Assembly (NCBI RefSeq): GCF_006345805.1
Contig: NC_043002.1
Location: forward strand, 22,382,001 to 22,446,000
Source of the DNA: Octopus sinensis
Lineage: Eukaryota
Direction of reading: 5' to 3'
DNA: 64,000 nucleotides
Position 1 is the first letter of the stretch. Each line of letters starts with the position of its first letter. Position numbers and translations under genes: made by a program. The notes under the pieces were generated by a model. That model was not told where the DNA came from, did no database searches, and was given only the letters and a program-made list of their open reading frames with translations. Of this stretch, positions 27,570-42,051 are shown in pieces.

Positions 27570-28207
27570 TATGTATATATATATGTATGTATGTATGAAT
27601 GTGTATTTGTGTGTGTGAGAAAGTGAGAGAAAGGCACAGAGAGAGAGAGAGAGTTGGTGGTCGAGGGTGAAAAAACAGGAAAAAGAGAGACGTCATACGA
27701 TGCTTGGAGCATGTTTGCCCTTTTTCTTTTATCTCTGTGGAATCAATAAGAGCAAATACCATTTTAACACATTATATGGTCTGGAACAATTTCAGTCTTG
27801 TGCCAATGAAGAAATCGCGATATCACTGACTGCATTTCAATCTCCATATGTCCGTCCATTGTCTCATTAACTAATGAAATATTCCCATATTATGTTCATT
27901 AATTGGCCTCTAGTAAAAGATCTGGCTGGGAAATTCAGTTCCCATTTCTAAATTCAGGAAGCTTGATGTACTTCCTTCCGAAACGAATCAAACTAACTGA
28001 CGGAAAATATGAAAGGCTCAACATTAAATTGGCTAACAGAGGTTAAACGAAACAGCTATGATTAACATGCAGTACCGCTATTAAGCAACAAAACTCAAAT
28101 ACAGCAGCTCACACGTACATGCACATACATGTTTTAAAAGACACATACATAATCATGTATGCATGTTTTTATGTGTCAATGTGAGTATCTATCTATCTAT
28201 CTATCTA

Positions 28208-28279
<72 letters not shown>

Positions 28280-28383
28280 AATCTATCTATCTATCTATCT
28301 ATCTATTTATCTATCTATCTATCTACCTTGTAATTTGTTCTATCTGTGTGCAGCCCTGTGTGGCTAATAAAGAAACATCTATG

Positions 28384-28448
<65 letters not shown>

Positions 28449-28529
28449 CTGTTTGTCTGTCTTCCTGTCTCTCTCGTCCCCCCTCTCTCTCTACTTATGT
28501 ATACATACATACAACATACATACATACAT

Positions 28530-28564
<35 letters not shown>

Positions 28565-29774
28565 TATATATATATGCTTGTATGTCTATATATACATCTA
28601 TGAATGTTAGGTATGTATTTGTGTATGTGTCTGCTTTCGTCTGTATTTTATTATATCAAATGTCTCAAACTATGGGAGGAATTATCATCATCATCATCAT
28701 TACTATTATTGAGTGAGTGAGCAGCACACTCCATGAAAGTGACACTGGGGTACAAATATACGACGCCCAACATACCCATCTTGACTATCCACCCGATAAG
28801 GGTACAGCAGGCACATGCATCACAACATATGTGCGACATAGGGGCGACATTGTGACTTCATATAAAGCTAAAGAGCGCATGGCCTTGCAGATGAGACTCA
28901 GTCAGTATTTTCTACAGTCGAGTAGCTCATTCCACACAAAAGCTCCTTGAATAACGATTGCTTAATGATGATGAAAGAAACCCCCATGTTTCCAGAGATG
29001 TATTATTCAAATGGTAATGAATTCCTCTCAACACATGGCAATGATGCTCCCCAATCGTAATTTAACTTACTTTTATATGTGCCACGCCGCAGCACATCAG
29101 CAAATAGTTTTTCACTGTATTTGTATCTGTAATAGACAAGAGATTTAATTCCTTTCGGTTTGATTCAAGTGCGTGGTATTGATTAGCCAAAATAATGGCG
29201 AAATATCGGTATCTACCAATCTCGGATTCCAACAGATGCGTGTTGTCTAGCCTGGTCTATGGCATTCAGGTGTTCTTTAACACTCGGCGTTGTATAGGCA
29301 GATATACCAGACACTATCCCGCAGCAAATTCGGTGTATAAACAAAAAAAAAATCAACACTATATGTGCGATCGATAATATATATGATTTGAAAATTGTAT
29401 CTTTGGCAAGTTAACTAAGGATTCCTTAATGACAATGTAACCTTCATATAACTAAGGTATACTCAGGCAGATGAGCAGTTACCTGAGTACCCCTCGTTGA
29501 GTAATTATGATATCAGAGGATCTCCTAGCTCGGAAACATTTGTAGCTTGAATTTTACCGCCTCCGCTCCCACAATTTGGATTTTTATTCGCATTCATAGC
29601 AACTCAAGTTGCGAACCGTGAGCTGTAAAAATTTTTCTGAGTTTATCGAAATTCGATATGGGAAAAACATTCGATATCAATAAGTTATTATTCTTCCTGA
29701 ACGTTACTTTTATACCTACTGGAGACTGCTCTAAGCTTGCTAACTTCCTACACTTAGATCCTTGGATCATATGT

Positions 29775-29842
<68 letters not shown>

Positions 29843-30152
29843 CCATCCTTTTCCAAAATAACCCCTTATATTGAACTCTACTATTTCCCTCTATTACGTC
29901 TCTCATGAAGGCATTTCCCTAATATCTCAGAAACAGCTGCAAGACTAACTTTCTATTTATAAATGCCCTAAAAATTCCTCACAGACTTGGTTTTGTTGAC
30001 TCATTTTATTTAAGATATGCATGCTCACACAAGACCCTCATTAGAGAACTCATTCGTATTATTATCGAACCGAGAGTCTAACTACGGTCATTCCATAGTA
30101 CTTACATAGCCTTACCTGCTATGTTGGGTCTTCTGGATACCAATAACTCATA

Positions 30153-30200
<48 letters not shown>

Positions 30201-30603
30201 TAAATTTTTGATTTATTATGCTGATCTTCGCTTCGAGTACAGGTAAGCAAGTATCTCACACAGACATCTACAGGATTCAGGAATTTCCATGCAGAAAAAC
30301 AGGTTTTTGCTTACAGTATGGAACGACGGTCATCAACGCCTGATTCTGCCGTGACGTAAGATCCAATTACATGCCCCAAACAGCAGAAAACAAATACACA
30401 GGCGCGAGCGCGAACAAGCTTAGACACATAGATAAGTTTGAACACACAGGCATTTAAAGACAGATATACACAAATACGCTTGTTCACACATTCACAAATG
30501 TTCACAAACACATGCACCCAGATTTACATTTTCACACACATACACTTACATCGAGCAATTGGCACAGTCTTTTCTTGTAACACACATGCAACCGAACAGA
30601 GAC

Positions 30604-30640
<37 letters not shown>

Positions 30641-31180
30641 ATGGGTTGTGCGGAAAGTTCGTGCCGATTTTTAAAGGGAAGAAAAAGGTCAATAAATACT
30701 TGCCATTACATTTTTAATCAACCAAATATGAACCATTTTGTTGCACAATGCATCTCCATCTTTCCTTTAACTTAAAAATACCCACTTCCCAGAATATACC
30801 CACTTCCCAAGGTATCTTTTTACGTCATCAAATTTTTACCATTAAGATTATTCTGCAGAGAACTGAATAAGTGGAAATTCGAAGGAGTAATATCTGGTGA
30901 ATATGGAGGGTGGGGTAACACATCCCAGCCGAGCTGCAGCAAGTTTTATCTGGTTCCCAAAGCATCAAGTGCCGAAAATGAACTTTCTTATCTTCCATTT
31001 TAAAGGGTTACAAAATTAACACAGGCTATAGGAACATAAACCTTCTTCCACGAAAAAATTGCTTAAACTGTTCACTAAATGGAGGTGTAGTCAAATCCTA
31101 TTTTATGGACTCAACCATGTTCTAAAATAATTTAAAATGTAAGCTATTATAAATCGGCACGAACTTTCGGGACAACCCAA
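30641..31180 (-). mobile_element. Internally deleted mariner (540 bp)
   Basis: TIRs (A/T)TGGGTTGT..GAAAGTTCGTGCCGATTT with TA on both sides. MEDKKVHFRHLMLWE (ATG 30998) is fused to LGWDVLPHPPYSPDITPSNFHLF...QNGSYLVD*. Confidence 0.9.
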
Positions 31181-31594
31181 TACATAACAAGTGATCCAGT
31201 GATATCTATTTCCTCGTTCTCCGTCTTTCTGGCGAAATGGTAAGTTAATTTCTTTGCTCGTCGCCCGATTTCTGCTGTGTTTCAATTGATTGTTGGTTGT
31301 ATTGGAGGATTTTTCGACATAGAATTTTCCAGCAATGCCAGCAACCCGTGAACCCTATAATAATTATAAATTAATTATAAAATTTTGGATTTGCCATTTG
31401 TCAGCTTTTTGTGCTGGCCGCTTCTATTATTGTTGTTATTATTTTACGAAAATTAATAATTAAAGATAATATCTATATAAATATTTTTTGAATATTTATT
31501 CATTGATATATGTGCACATATATATAAGGAATATGTGTTTGTGTATACATATATATATACATACACACACACACACACATGCACATATATAAAT

Positions 31595-31765
31595 AGGTTC
31601 AGAATTGGCTGTGGGGTAAGAAGCTTGTTTCCCAACCAGATGGTACCGGGTTCAGTCCCACTGCGTGGAACATTAGGCAAGTGTCTTCTACTATAGCTTC
31701 GGGCAGACCAAAGTCTTGTGGAAGGATTTGGTAGACGCAAACTGATGTTTGCAATAACACGACCA

Positions 31766-31796
<31 letters not shown>

Positions 31797-32052
31797 TGTA
31801 TGTATGTATGTATGTATGTATGTATGTATGTATTATGTATTTATATGTTTGTGTTTATGTGTTTGTATTTGTCCTCTCACCATCACTTAACAACCGATCT
31901 TAGTGTGTTTACGTCCCCGTAAGCCAGCAGCTCGGCAAAAGAGACCGATTAAATAAGTACTAGGCTTACAACGAATAAGTGCTGTGGTCGATTTGTTCCA
32001 CTAAACGCGGTACTCCAGCATGGCCGCAGTCAAATGACTGAAACAAGTAAGG
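31595..32052 (+). mobile_element. SINE family A, full length, diverged
   Basis: Alignment to other copies. Confidence 0.8.
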
Positions 32053-32439
32053 GAAAAAAAAATTATTTATATATGTGCATGTGGATATGTATGTTAGCAT
32101 GTATGCATGTATGTATATTTGTATGCATGTATTTACGTGTTAAATATTAGCAATTTGTGCCATAGTTGTGAAATTGTGAATATGTCAATGGTTAATTTAG
32201 TTGTGTCGAACGAAATGTCAGTATAAGAATCATTATATCTGATTGGTCAGTTTCATTTCTAACGATGATATGGTAGGCATGGTAGGACAGGACATGACTC
32301 GTGGATGGAGTTTCCATGCAGCCACGGTGATGTGAATCTCATAAAATTGGTGTTGGTGACAGTGGCGGCGGTGGTCGTGTTACTGTTGAAAACATCACCA
32401 CAAAAACCAATACCGCCACTACCATCACCACCAAAAATA

Positions 32440-32640
<201 letters not shown>

Positions 32641-33974
32641 GTCAATCGAATCCTTTTTATGTTGCTGTTTACCGCATTCATTTCAATTTATATACAATGT
32701 ATACACAATCACATAAGCATATACATAAATCCATAAACATGTATGCACACACACACACACACACACACACGCACATATATAATTAATAATAGTAGGGAAT
32801 ATAAAATTAATGTTATTCAATTTAGTGATTTTTAGAATAATATTTATTATCACTTAGCGGTTCGGCAAAAGAGACCGATAGAATAAGTACTGGGCTTACA
32901 AAAGAATAAGTCCTGGGGTCGAGTTGCTCGATTAAAGGCGGTGCTCCAGCATGGCCGCAGTCAAATGACTGAAACAAGTAAAATAAAATAAAATAAAATA
33001 AATATATTTAAATCTTTTCTATATGATATAGATAATATCTTTCTCTATCAATTGAATTACTTGGTAGAGGTTATTTCTCTTAATTATACACACGCGCGCG
33101 CGCGCACACACACATATACATACATAGATATATCCATGCACACAACAATATCACAAATAATACGTGTCATGTGCATTCTGACTCCAAATTGCACGTTCAC
33201 CAATTACATCTGTCATCAACGTAAATAATTAATTAAAAAACAGAATGCGGTTATAGCCAATAAGAAGCGAGTAAGATGGCAATGCTATGAATCCTGCGTA
33301 TGATATAAAACGTGAATAACAAGCTTCACTGAAATCATTTTGTTCGATTACAAACATACATATATGAAACACATAGACACACACACATACACACTCACGC
33401 ACACACGCACACACACGCACACACACACGCACAGATACAGACGTAAACGCATGTGCAGATAGGGATACGTATCACGAAAAGACACAGTGGAATAGACAGG
33501 GCGAGACCAAAGACAAAAGGAAACACGAGAAACGAAGTCATTGAAGAGGTTACTGAACGTGTGACGAAATAACTCTGACAAATAAACTTATAATGATAAC
33601 CAGGCTGATGTGAAGATCAAATAAACAAAACATGTTTATTGGTAAAAAAAAAAGAAACAAGTAAAAATGACCACCCTCAGATATAACAATAAAGAACATA
33701 ATTTCTCGGAAAGTCATAATTAAACTATACTGATTTTGTGTTTTGCCAAATAAACACACGCACTGTATACTTGTTCACTCATTTTTACTGTTCTTATTTC
33801 ATCTTATGTCCATTGTCTGGAAATCTTTCGTTAATTCATTTCATTAAAGATGGAAATAATTACAATATGGTGGAAATTCATAGAATGCATTTACATTTAC
33901 ACGCATGCATAAATACATGCACATTTACTTATACATATATGCTTGAATATGTGTATATATATATAGTTATTCTA

Positions 33975-34150
33975 AACATGAAAATACAAAGAGAAAACAC
34001 AACAACGCGAGGACGTGGAACAAATATATTGTTATTGGGCGCTCATAAAGAAAGAAAAAAGGAGGATTTAACGTTTCGAGAGGAGCATTTCGTCAGAAAC
34101 ATAGAAAAAGGAAAGGTCCAAAGAATGGAAGACGGAGAAAGAAAATCGCC
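33975..34150 (-). mobile_element. Family D repeat with minimal HHR motif (34066-34100)
   Basis: GTTT CTGACGA AATGCTCCTCTC GAAAC GTT AAAT. Core intact, stem II decayed. Shares ACAACGCGAGGACGTGGAACAA with other copies. Confidence 0.6.
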
Positions 34151-34186
34151 AACGATACACACGCGGTCGCACACACACACACACAT

Positions 34187-34267
<81 letters not shown>

Positions 34268-34354
34268 GGGGGATTGATAGATAGATAGATTGATAGACAT
34301 ACTGACAGAGACACAGACAGACAGACAGACAGACAGACGACAGACAGACAGATC

Positions 34355-34404
<50 letters not shown>

Positions 34405-36420
34405 GATATGGAACTGAGTCAAACTGTTACTAAATATCAAACATTATATATGTATGTTTGTATGCACGAATGCATACATACATATATTTATACATACATA
34501 CATACATACGTAGATACATACATACACACATATATACATACAAAGATGGTATTTGTCGATTCGCTTTCGATTGTGTTCTCCTTTGACACTCCTATGGTTT
34601 TCCCTCTAAGATGCAGGTTCCACCCCATCATAGGTACTCGCAAGAATAAACACAGACATTAAGTCTCAGTTCCTCAAGCAACAACGGCTCTTCAACGGAC
34701 GCAGATACACAAGTGACCGGAAATTGTGACTGCACCTTTTATATTTCACATTCAGTGAACCCAAATGAACAAGGAATCTTCAAAATCAGTGGTATTTCAT
34801 TGTTGCTGATGTATTTGACACCACGATCGCCGTTTGTTTGTAGATTCAAGAATTTCGATTCTAGAGTTGCAGTGGAAAAAAGGGTTTGCTAAACGCAACG
34901 GTATCTTCACAAGAAGACAAATCCAGTCAGCAAAGAGAAAGAAGAAAAGAAAAAAGTAAAAAGAAAGAAAGAAAAAAGAAAGAAAGGTAAGTCGTTCAGA
35001 GGTTACAGCACCCTAGGTAAAAATGTTCTTATCTCATATATATGTTTGAGATACACATGTAAGTATACATACATACGTACATATATCCACAATATTATGA
35101 GGCCATTGAATATTCTGTATTTATCTGCTCTTTAACGGGTTATATTTTTCGTCTTACAGAGCGTTTAGAAATCCCCCTGCACGCCATGCAAGCTTGGCGG
35201 GGTGCCCGATTTAGTCATATAACAACTTATAATGCATTGCAAGTTGCCAGTGGTGTTCACCAGTGACCTAGCACCCATGCATGCATGCATACGTACATAC
35301 ATGCATGCATACGTACATACATGCATGCAGACAGACAGATAGACACATTGACATGCGTACACATGTGAAAATTTGAAAAATAAGTCAATGGGGCATAGGA
35401 AGACAGACACAGGAGCTTGCAACTTAAAATTTTTGTGAAGAGCACAAAAATATTTGTTAAAAGTATATATGAAATAAGAAAATACAAAACTTAATTAAAA
35501 TATTCTCAAAGGATGTACGGATTAGACTTTGTCCCTAACTAATTTTGAAACGAGGGAAAAGTTTCAAGGGAGAAGTCAAAGAGCCTCTCTAATGAGGGCA
35601 TAATTATTTTCCCGATATCTGACAAGGAATGCTACAATTACTCAGAAATGTGTTTTATAATCAAGTATTACAGCGATTGTAAAAAAGAAACTTGTGGGTG
35701 AAAAAATATGATCTTCGCTGCTTTCAGCAAACAAAAGTTTGTTGGGCCGCAATATGTTTGCTAAAATGGTACTCCTACCAATTCTTGTTTGGTCGCTAGA
35801 TGAAGTCCAAGCGGTTGATGTTAAAATTTAGAAAACTATTAATCAGAACAACGAAAAATGGAAATGAGAGCCAGAAGCATAGCAATGATCCAGACAACCC
35901 TTTTCTGTTGTATTATATGTCTTCGATAGTATTTTCCCAAGTCCAAATTTGGATGTGTACCTCTTGACTAAGCCGGTATATATATGTGAATAACGTTAAT
36001 TATAAAGCAACTTTTCGGAAGGTAATTCCGGAATGATAAACATGTAATCACATCCAGTGAAGTTACACGATACACAACTCTATTGTTACAGAAAATCAAA
36101 TGTACAGAAAAAAGTTTAAAGAGACATAAACTTGAAGAAACAGATTGATTTATCTTGTTCATTGGACAAGGAGAATGCGCAGTAGTAAAATCAGTAAATC
36201 AGTTCTCCAGTATTCGTTTACATAATACCAAATAAAAATAAAGCAAAAAAAATAACAAAACAACGAAACATTTCGTTTTGATCTCGGTCTACAAGGTTCT
36301 TGATGTAAAGTCATGTATTGAAACATATTTTTGCAACTCAGGAGGGTCATTATGTTAATAATAAACACACGCACTCTTCGTTATTTGTATTTGACAACTG
36401 GTTAACCGTTTAACAATGAA

Positions 36421-36780
36421 TTAAATAATCGATAGTTTATTTAATTGTTTGACCAATCAATCAATAAGCTAGGCTCGTCAAAATTCCTTCGTAGCCATTT
36501 ACGACCTGCTTGAATAATGCAAAATCTGCATAAGAAATACCTAGCCTATAACTGTGGAGTTATGATATGACTAGCTGAATCAACACCATAGATGAGATGC
36601 TGGTTTTTTTAATCTAGAAAAGAACACTGTATGTAAGGACATTACAATTACGTGCAATTAATGGGATTGTGAAAATATGTGAAACATTCCAAAAGTTTGG
36701 CCTGTAATAAGGATGTTTTTCCTTTATGACACATCAAGTTTGGTGAATTGGAAATGGTGCAAATTATCTCCCTTTTCATT
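36421..36780 (+). repeat. 360-bp direct repeat, copy 1
   Basis: Matches 38767-39126 with two substitutions seen. Confidence 0.92.
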
Positions 36781-36881
36781 CAGCATTGTTACCAGGCAAT
36801 TGTTCTGTCATCTCTGGAAGCAGAGATAAAAATAATATTAATATTAATAATAATATTAATAATAATAATAATAATAATAAC

Positions 36882-36915
<34 letters not shown>

Positions 36916-36926
36916 TTAACAATAAC

Positions 36927-36999
<73 letters not shown>

Positions 37000-38726
37000 C
37001 AAGAATCTATCTTGTTCGGCGTTTAAAAGCCACTTATTCGTTTTTCTCCCTCTCTGCCCCGCTCTCCCGTCTCTCGTTCTCCTTTTCTCCATTTGTCTCT
37101 TTGTATATGTGTATGTGTGAGTGTGGGCGTGTGATGTATATACAGATAATATTAATAAATCAAATATCTACGCAATTATCTTTCTTTTCGTATGTGTGCA
37201 CACACACACACATACACACACACACACACACGCACACACACACTCACATACATATGTATGTATATGGTCGAAATTTCGAAGTTACTGCCCGTAATATTCT
37301 TGTTTAAGAATAATAAATTTGTACTCTACAACATAACTGATCAGATTAACGTAAAATTGCTTTCATCACAACTGAAGATAAAAAGAAACACTAACACACA
37401 CACACACACGTACACACACACTCACACACACACACACACACATACACACACACAAATATATATGTACACACCTATGAGTAATTAGTGTATGCATGTATGT
37501 ATGTATGTATGTATGTATGTATGTATGTATGTATGTATGTGTGTATGTGTGTATGTATGTTTGTATGTATATGCAGTCTTGCGTCTGCGCATTTATACAT
37601 CCGCAATGCCATGCATGTATACAAATAAACAAAGAGATACGCAAAATAATTTGAACGAAAATTCAACGTAAATCAAACAAGATGGCTGAAAAAAGAAAAG
37701 AAAAAGCGAACTATTGCTGCAACAACAATACAACGAATTACAAAAAGAAGTCACCCCCCCAAAAAAAAATCTCAACAAAATATATATCAGAAACGACAAA
37801 AACAACATCAACAGCAATAATATTATTTGTAACAAGTGAAAACACCGAGCAAATCTCTATTTCCTTGCAGACCGACCAAACTGACTTTATCAATCTCTCT
37901 GGAATCCATTTATAAGACATTTAATCACATCCCGATCGGGAGTTTACGTTTCTCACTACGCAAATTGTTGGCATTGCATTGCTTGCCGTTTTTTTTCTCC
38001 GGCACACACTCTCTCTCACTCTCCACCTCGCTCTCTCCATCTCATTTTACTCTCCTATATATATATATATACACACACATTCTCTCTGTCTATTTTTGTT
38101 TTACCGCCTATCTCACACACTCACTCTCTCTCTCACTCTCGTATTTGTCACATGAGGTGGAGCGATGCTTTGGTGGTGTTGCAAGGAGTGAAGAGCTTAA
38201 GTACTCTTATTTTTCTTTTTTTTGCGTTTTATTCCCGCTGCCTCTTTAATCGGTTTCTTTTATAGCACTGAGGATGACACATACTTTCACACACACTCAC
38301 ATACTTTCTAACACACACACACACACACACACACACAAAACATACACATATATGTACGTATGTATGTACGCATGCATATATATGTGTATATATATATACA
38401 CATATATAAATACATATACGTATATATATACATACATGCATATATGTGTATATATATATATGTATATCGATAACAGATATGTAAGTATGTATATATTATA
38501 TACATATTATTCATATACATATATATAAAGTTATTTGGTGTTATTTATAGCTCAGAAAGTACATCAGTGACTGAAGGTATAGTATTTAGTGCCAGAGCAC
38601 TTGTCAAATGAAAATTTCATTTGTCAAATGTTCTGAGACGTAACTCCAAGCCTTTTAACCAATGATGTTGCTTTCATTTCTCCTCTACAAGGTGAATAAT
38701 ACAAATTTTCTATGTATTGAGATATA

Positions 38727-39126
38727 TTAAATAATCGATAGTTTATTTAAATAATCGATAGTTTATTTAAATAATCGATAGTTTATTTAATTGTTTGACC
38801 AATCAATCAATAAGCTAGGCTCGTCAAAATTCCTTCGTAGCCATTTACGACCTGCTTGAATAATGCAAAATCTGCATAAGGAATGCCTAGCCTATAACTG
38901 TGGAGTTATGATATGACTAGCTGAATCAACACCATAGATGAGATGCTGGTTTTTTTAATCTAGAAAAGAACACTGTATGTAAGGACATTACAATTACGTG
39001 CAATTAATGGGATTGTGAAAATATGTGAAACATTCCAAAAGTTTGGCCTGTAATAAGGATGTTTTTCCTTTATGACACATCAAGTTTGGTGAATTGGAAA
39101 TGGTGCAAATTATCTCCCTTTTCATT
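38727..39126 (+). repeat. 360-bp direct repeat, copy 2, preceded by extra 20-bp tandem units
   Basis: ATAATCGATAGTTTATTTAA occurs three times at 38731-38790. Confidence 0.92.
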
Positions 39127-39211
39127 AGCTGAAACTGGAAAAATCAAATCATTTCTATATTCTAATCTATATCTAACATTTGCATAACGTATATGTATAT
39201 ATATATATGCA

Positions 39212-40008
39212 CTAGCAGTATTGCCCGGCTCGTGCGCTCGTGCGTTCTATGCACGCGCGAATTAAGCTAAACTTGGATGAAGTTCAATCAAAATTCAATT
39301 ATTTTGGTTTTAAAATCAAGCATTTAATGCTCTCTATTTTTGCGCTTATGTGTTCCATTTCCTCAGTAGGAAGTACATAGAAGCGTTTCATAATTTTTTG
39401 TTGATCAAATAATTGCATTGTTGAGTTTTATATATATATAGATTTCTCAACGGGGATTTCAGGGGAGAGTTTCAGGGAGTCACTGGCGATGTATCGTGAT
39501 GATCAAAAATTCGGATAAAGTGATTCAAACTGCAGACTCAACGCAAAATGGTCACATTTAATTCAAAGCATTAAAAATGTTATGAAAACAATTGGTATGT
39601 GTTCACAAAGTCCAAATGATTAATACAAAAAAACCCTCCAGGCTACATCCCGAAAATTAATTTCTTTGCCGAATTTCTACAATGTTTACGGCGATTCGTT
39701 TTTATATCTTGATTTTTTTTATTTTTCATGCAATTTACGCATGCTTGCACGCGTGGTGAACACAGTTCACGTCAAACAGCTGACTGAGTAAAGTTCCCTA
39801 TTCAATGCATGGGATATGGCCTAAACAAACACATTATCGATTTTTGCACTTGGGAGATGAATTTCGGAACAGAAATAGCGCAGTTCAATTTTCATTCGCC
39901 TAAACTTTAAGTGACCCACTTTTGGTGGTTCTACGATTTGTTGGCTAGGAGGAAATCTGCCGGGAAGTTAAACACACAGACACACAAGTTGAGTTTTATA
40001 TATATAGA
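39212..40008 (-). mobile_element. Non-autonomous Helitron with two 5' termini
   Basis: Minus strand A|TCTATATATATAAAACTCAAC at 40008 and again at 39442. The 3' CTAG|T is at 39212-39215. Confidence 0.65.
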
Positions 40009-40199
40009 TATATGTATGTATGTATATGTATATGTAGATATATATAAACAAAAATGTCAAATCATCGCTAAAATAAACTAAAATGTAGTTTAAAACGTTT
40101 GCTATACTGTTACAGCTAACTTGTATAAAAGTGCGTCTGGATTTCTTTTGTTCTTCTCCGGATACACATACACGCACAAGGCAAATCAAAGCTTAAAAA

Positions 40200-40345
40200 C
40201 GGAAAACAAAATAACAGCCAAGAGGACGTACGCAGCGAATGATTGACGTCCAGATAAAGTTTAAGATAGAGAAGTAGAATGGGTTCGACGTTTCGAGTAT
40301 TAGCACTTCGCCAGAAAAAGAATAGTCCGAGAAAAATACACTTCA
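40200..40345 (-). mobile_element. Family D repeat, diverged, minimal HHR motif (40283-40318)
   Basis: TTTT CTGGCGA A GTGCTAATACTC GAAAC GTC GAAC; followed by (TA)n. Confidence 0.45.
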
Positions 40346-40356
40346 TATATATATAT

Positions 40357-40388
<32 letters not shown>

Positions 40389-40960
40389 CCTATATATATG
40401 TGTGTGTGTGTGCATGCGTGTATGTGTGTGAGCGTGTGTGTATACAAAGTGTTCTTCACAGTTTACGCTGATCAAATTCCCTCACAATGTATTAGATGGA
40501 CCGGAGCTATAGCAGATAATACTCACCCAAGGTGCTGTGCATAGCAACTGAACCCAAAACCAAGAGGCTGTTAAGCAAGTGTCTTAACGACACAGCCATG
40601 CCTGCACCTATGTCTGTTGATTTTAAAAAAATTTGCTCCTTCTGATTGTAATTGCATTCCCTTGTGGGAGTTTTTGTGGAGGAAGGAGAGGGAGCTTTTC
40701 GTTTTTCTTCCTTCTAATCAATCTTTATTCCTCACAGGTTCATACAAGCGCATATACATACATAAACGTATACATACATACATACATACATACATACATA
40801 CATACATACATACTTATATGTACATATAAACACTCACACGCACATACTCACACATATATGTATATATATATATATATATACAAAGATATCTATATATATA
40901 TGTATGTATACATACATATCTATATCTACATCTATATATATATTATATATATATATATAT

Positions 40961-40995
<35 letters not shown>

Positions 40996-41871
40996 ATATG
41001 TGTATATATGCATATATACATGTATATATTAATATATATATATATCTATATATATATATATATATATATGCATATATACAACATACATATATGCATATAT
41101 ACATATATGCATATATGCATGTATATACACACAGACACGCATAAATATAAATGTATGCATGTATACATTCACACATATACACATGTATGTTATTCAGTAA
41201 TAAAATAATAATAATAATAATAAATATAACAGCTTGAGTTTAACATCTACGACATTATTCAGAAGAACGATAGAAGAAAACGAACGATTTCCAATAAGCT
41301 GACCTCTGAATTTTGTTCTGAATTCCTCTTGGTGTCATCATTAGGTAAAGGTTATGTCAGAGTTGTCTACCTTCTTATTTGACCGCATCCAGTTTTGATA
41401 CGATCTGCCCTGATGTGATTATGCTTTGATCTTCTCAACTCTTGAGATCTCTGAAGACAAGCTGATGTTCTAGATATGTTTATAATAAGATACAGCGTGA
41501 GAAGATTGAAGTTTATGTAAAAGGGAAAGCGGATATATCGATTTAGTATCTTTTCTTACAGATATGCTGCTATATTAGGTTAATAAATGCATATGTATGT
41601 ATACATGTGTATGGTTGGTTGCCTAAAAGAATAAAGTGGTTGTGTGGTAACAAGCTTGCTTGCTAAATACATGGTTCCGGGTTCAGTCCCACGGCGTGGC
41701 ACCTTGGGCAAGTGTCTTCTACTATAGCTTCGTGGTGAACAAAGCCTTTTAAGTGGATTTGGTGGACGGGTGCTGATACATACACACAAATATATATATA
41801 TCTGTATGTGTATTTATGTATGTATGTATGTATATATCTATGTGTATATGTGTCTGTACACACACACACGC

Positions 41872-41924
<53 letters not shown>

Positions 41925-42051
41925 CACACCGCATGTAATTATATGTATGTATATATATGGTCAATTCAAACATATATAAACCTGTATATGTATGTGTGTG
42001 TGTGCATGCGTGTATGTGTGTGAGTTTGTGTGTATACAAAAAATTTTTCAC

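Noticed and set aside
28715-29070. Sequence I vaguely recall as an octopus interspersed repeat
   Set aside because: Single copy in the window with no diagnostic termini; cannot be supported without a search.
29457-29492. TACTCAGG/CCTGAGTA hairpin around CAGATGA as an HHR
   Set aside because: No GAAA or stem III in register.
38731-38790. Three 20-bp repeats as a CRISPR array
   Set aside because: Contiguous tandem copies with no spacers, in a eukaryotic context.
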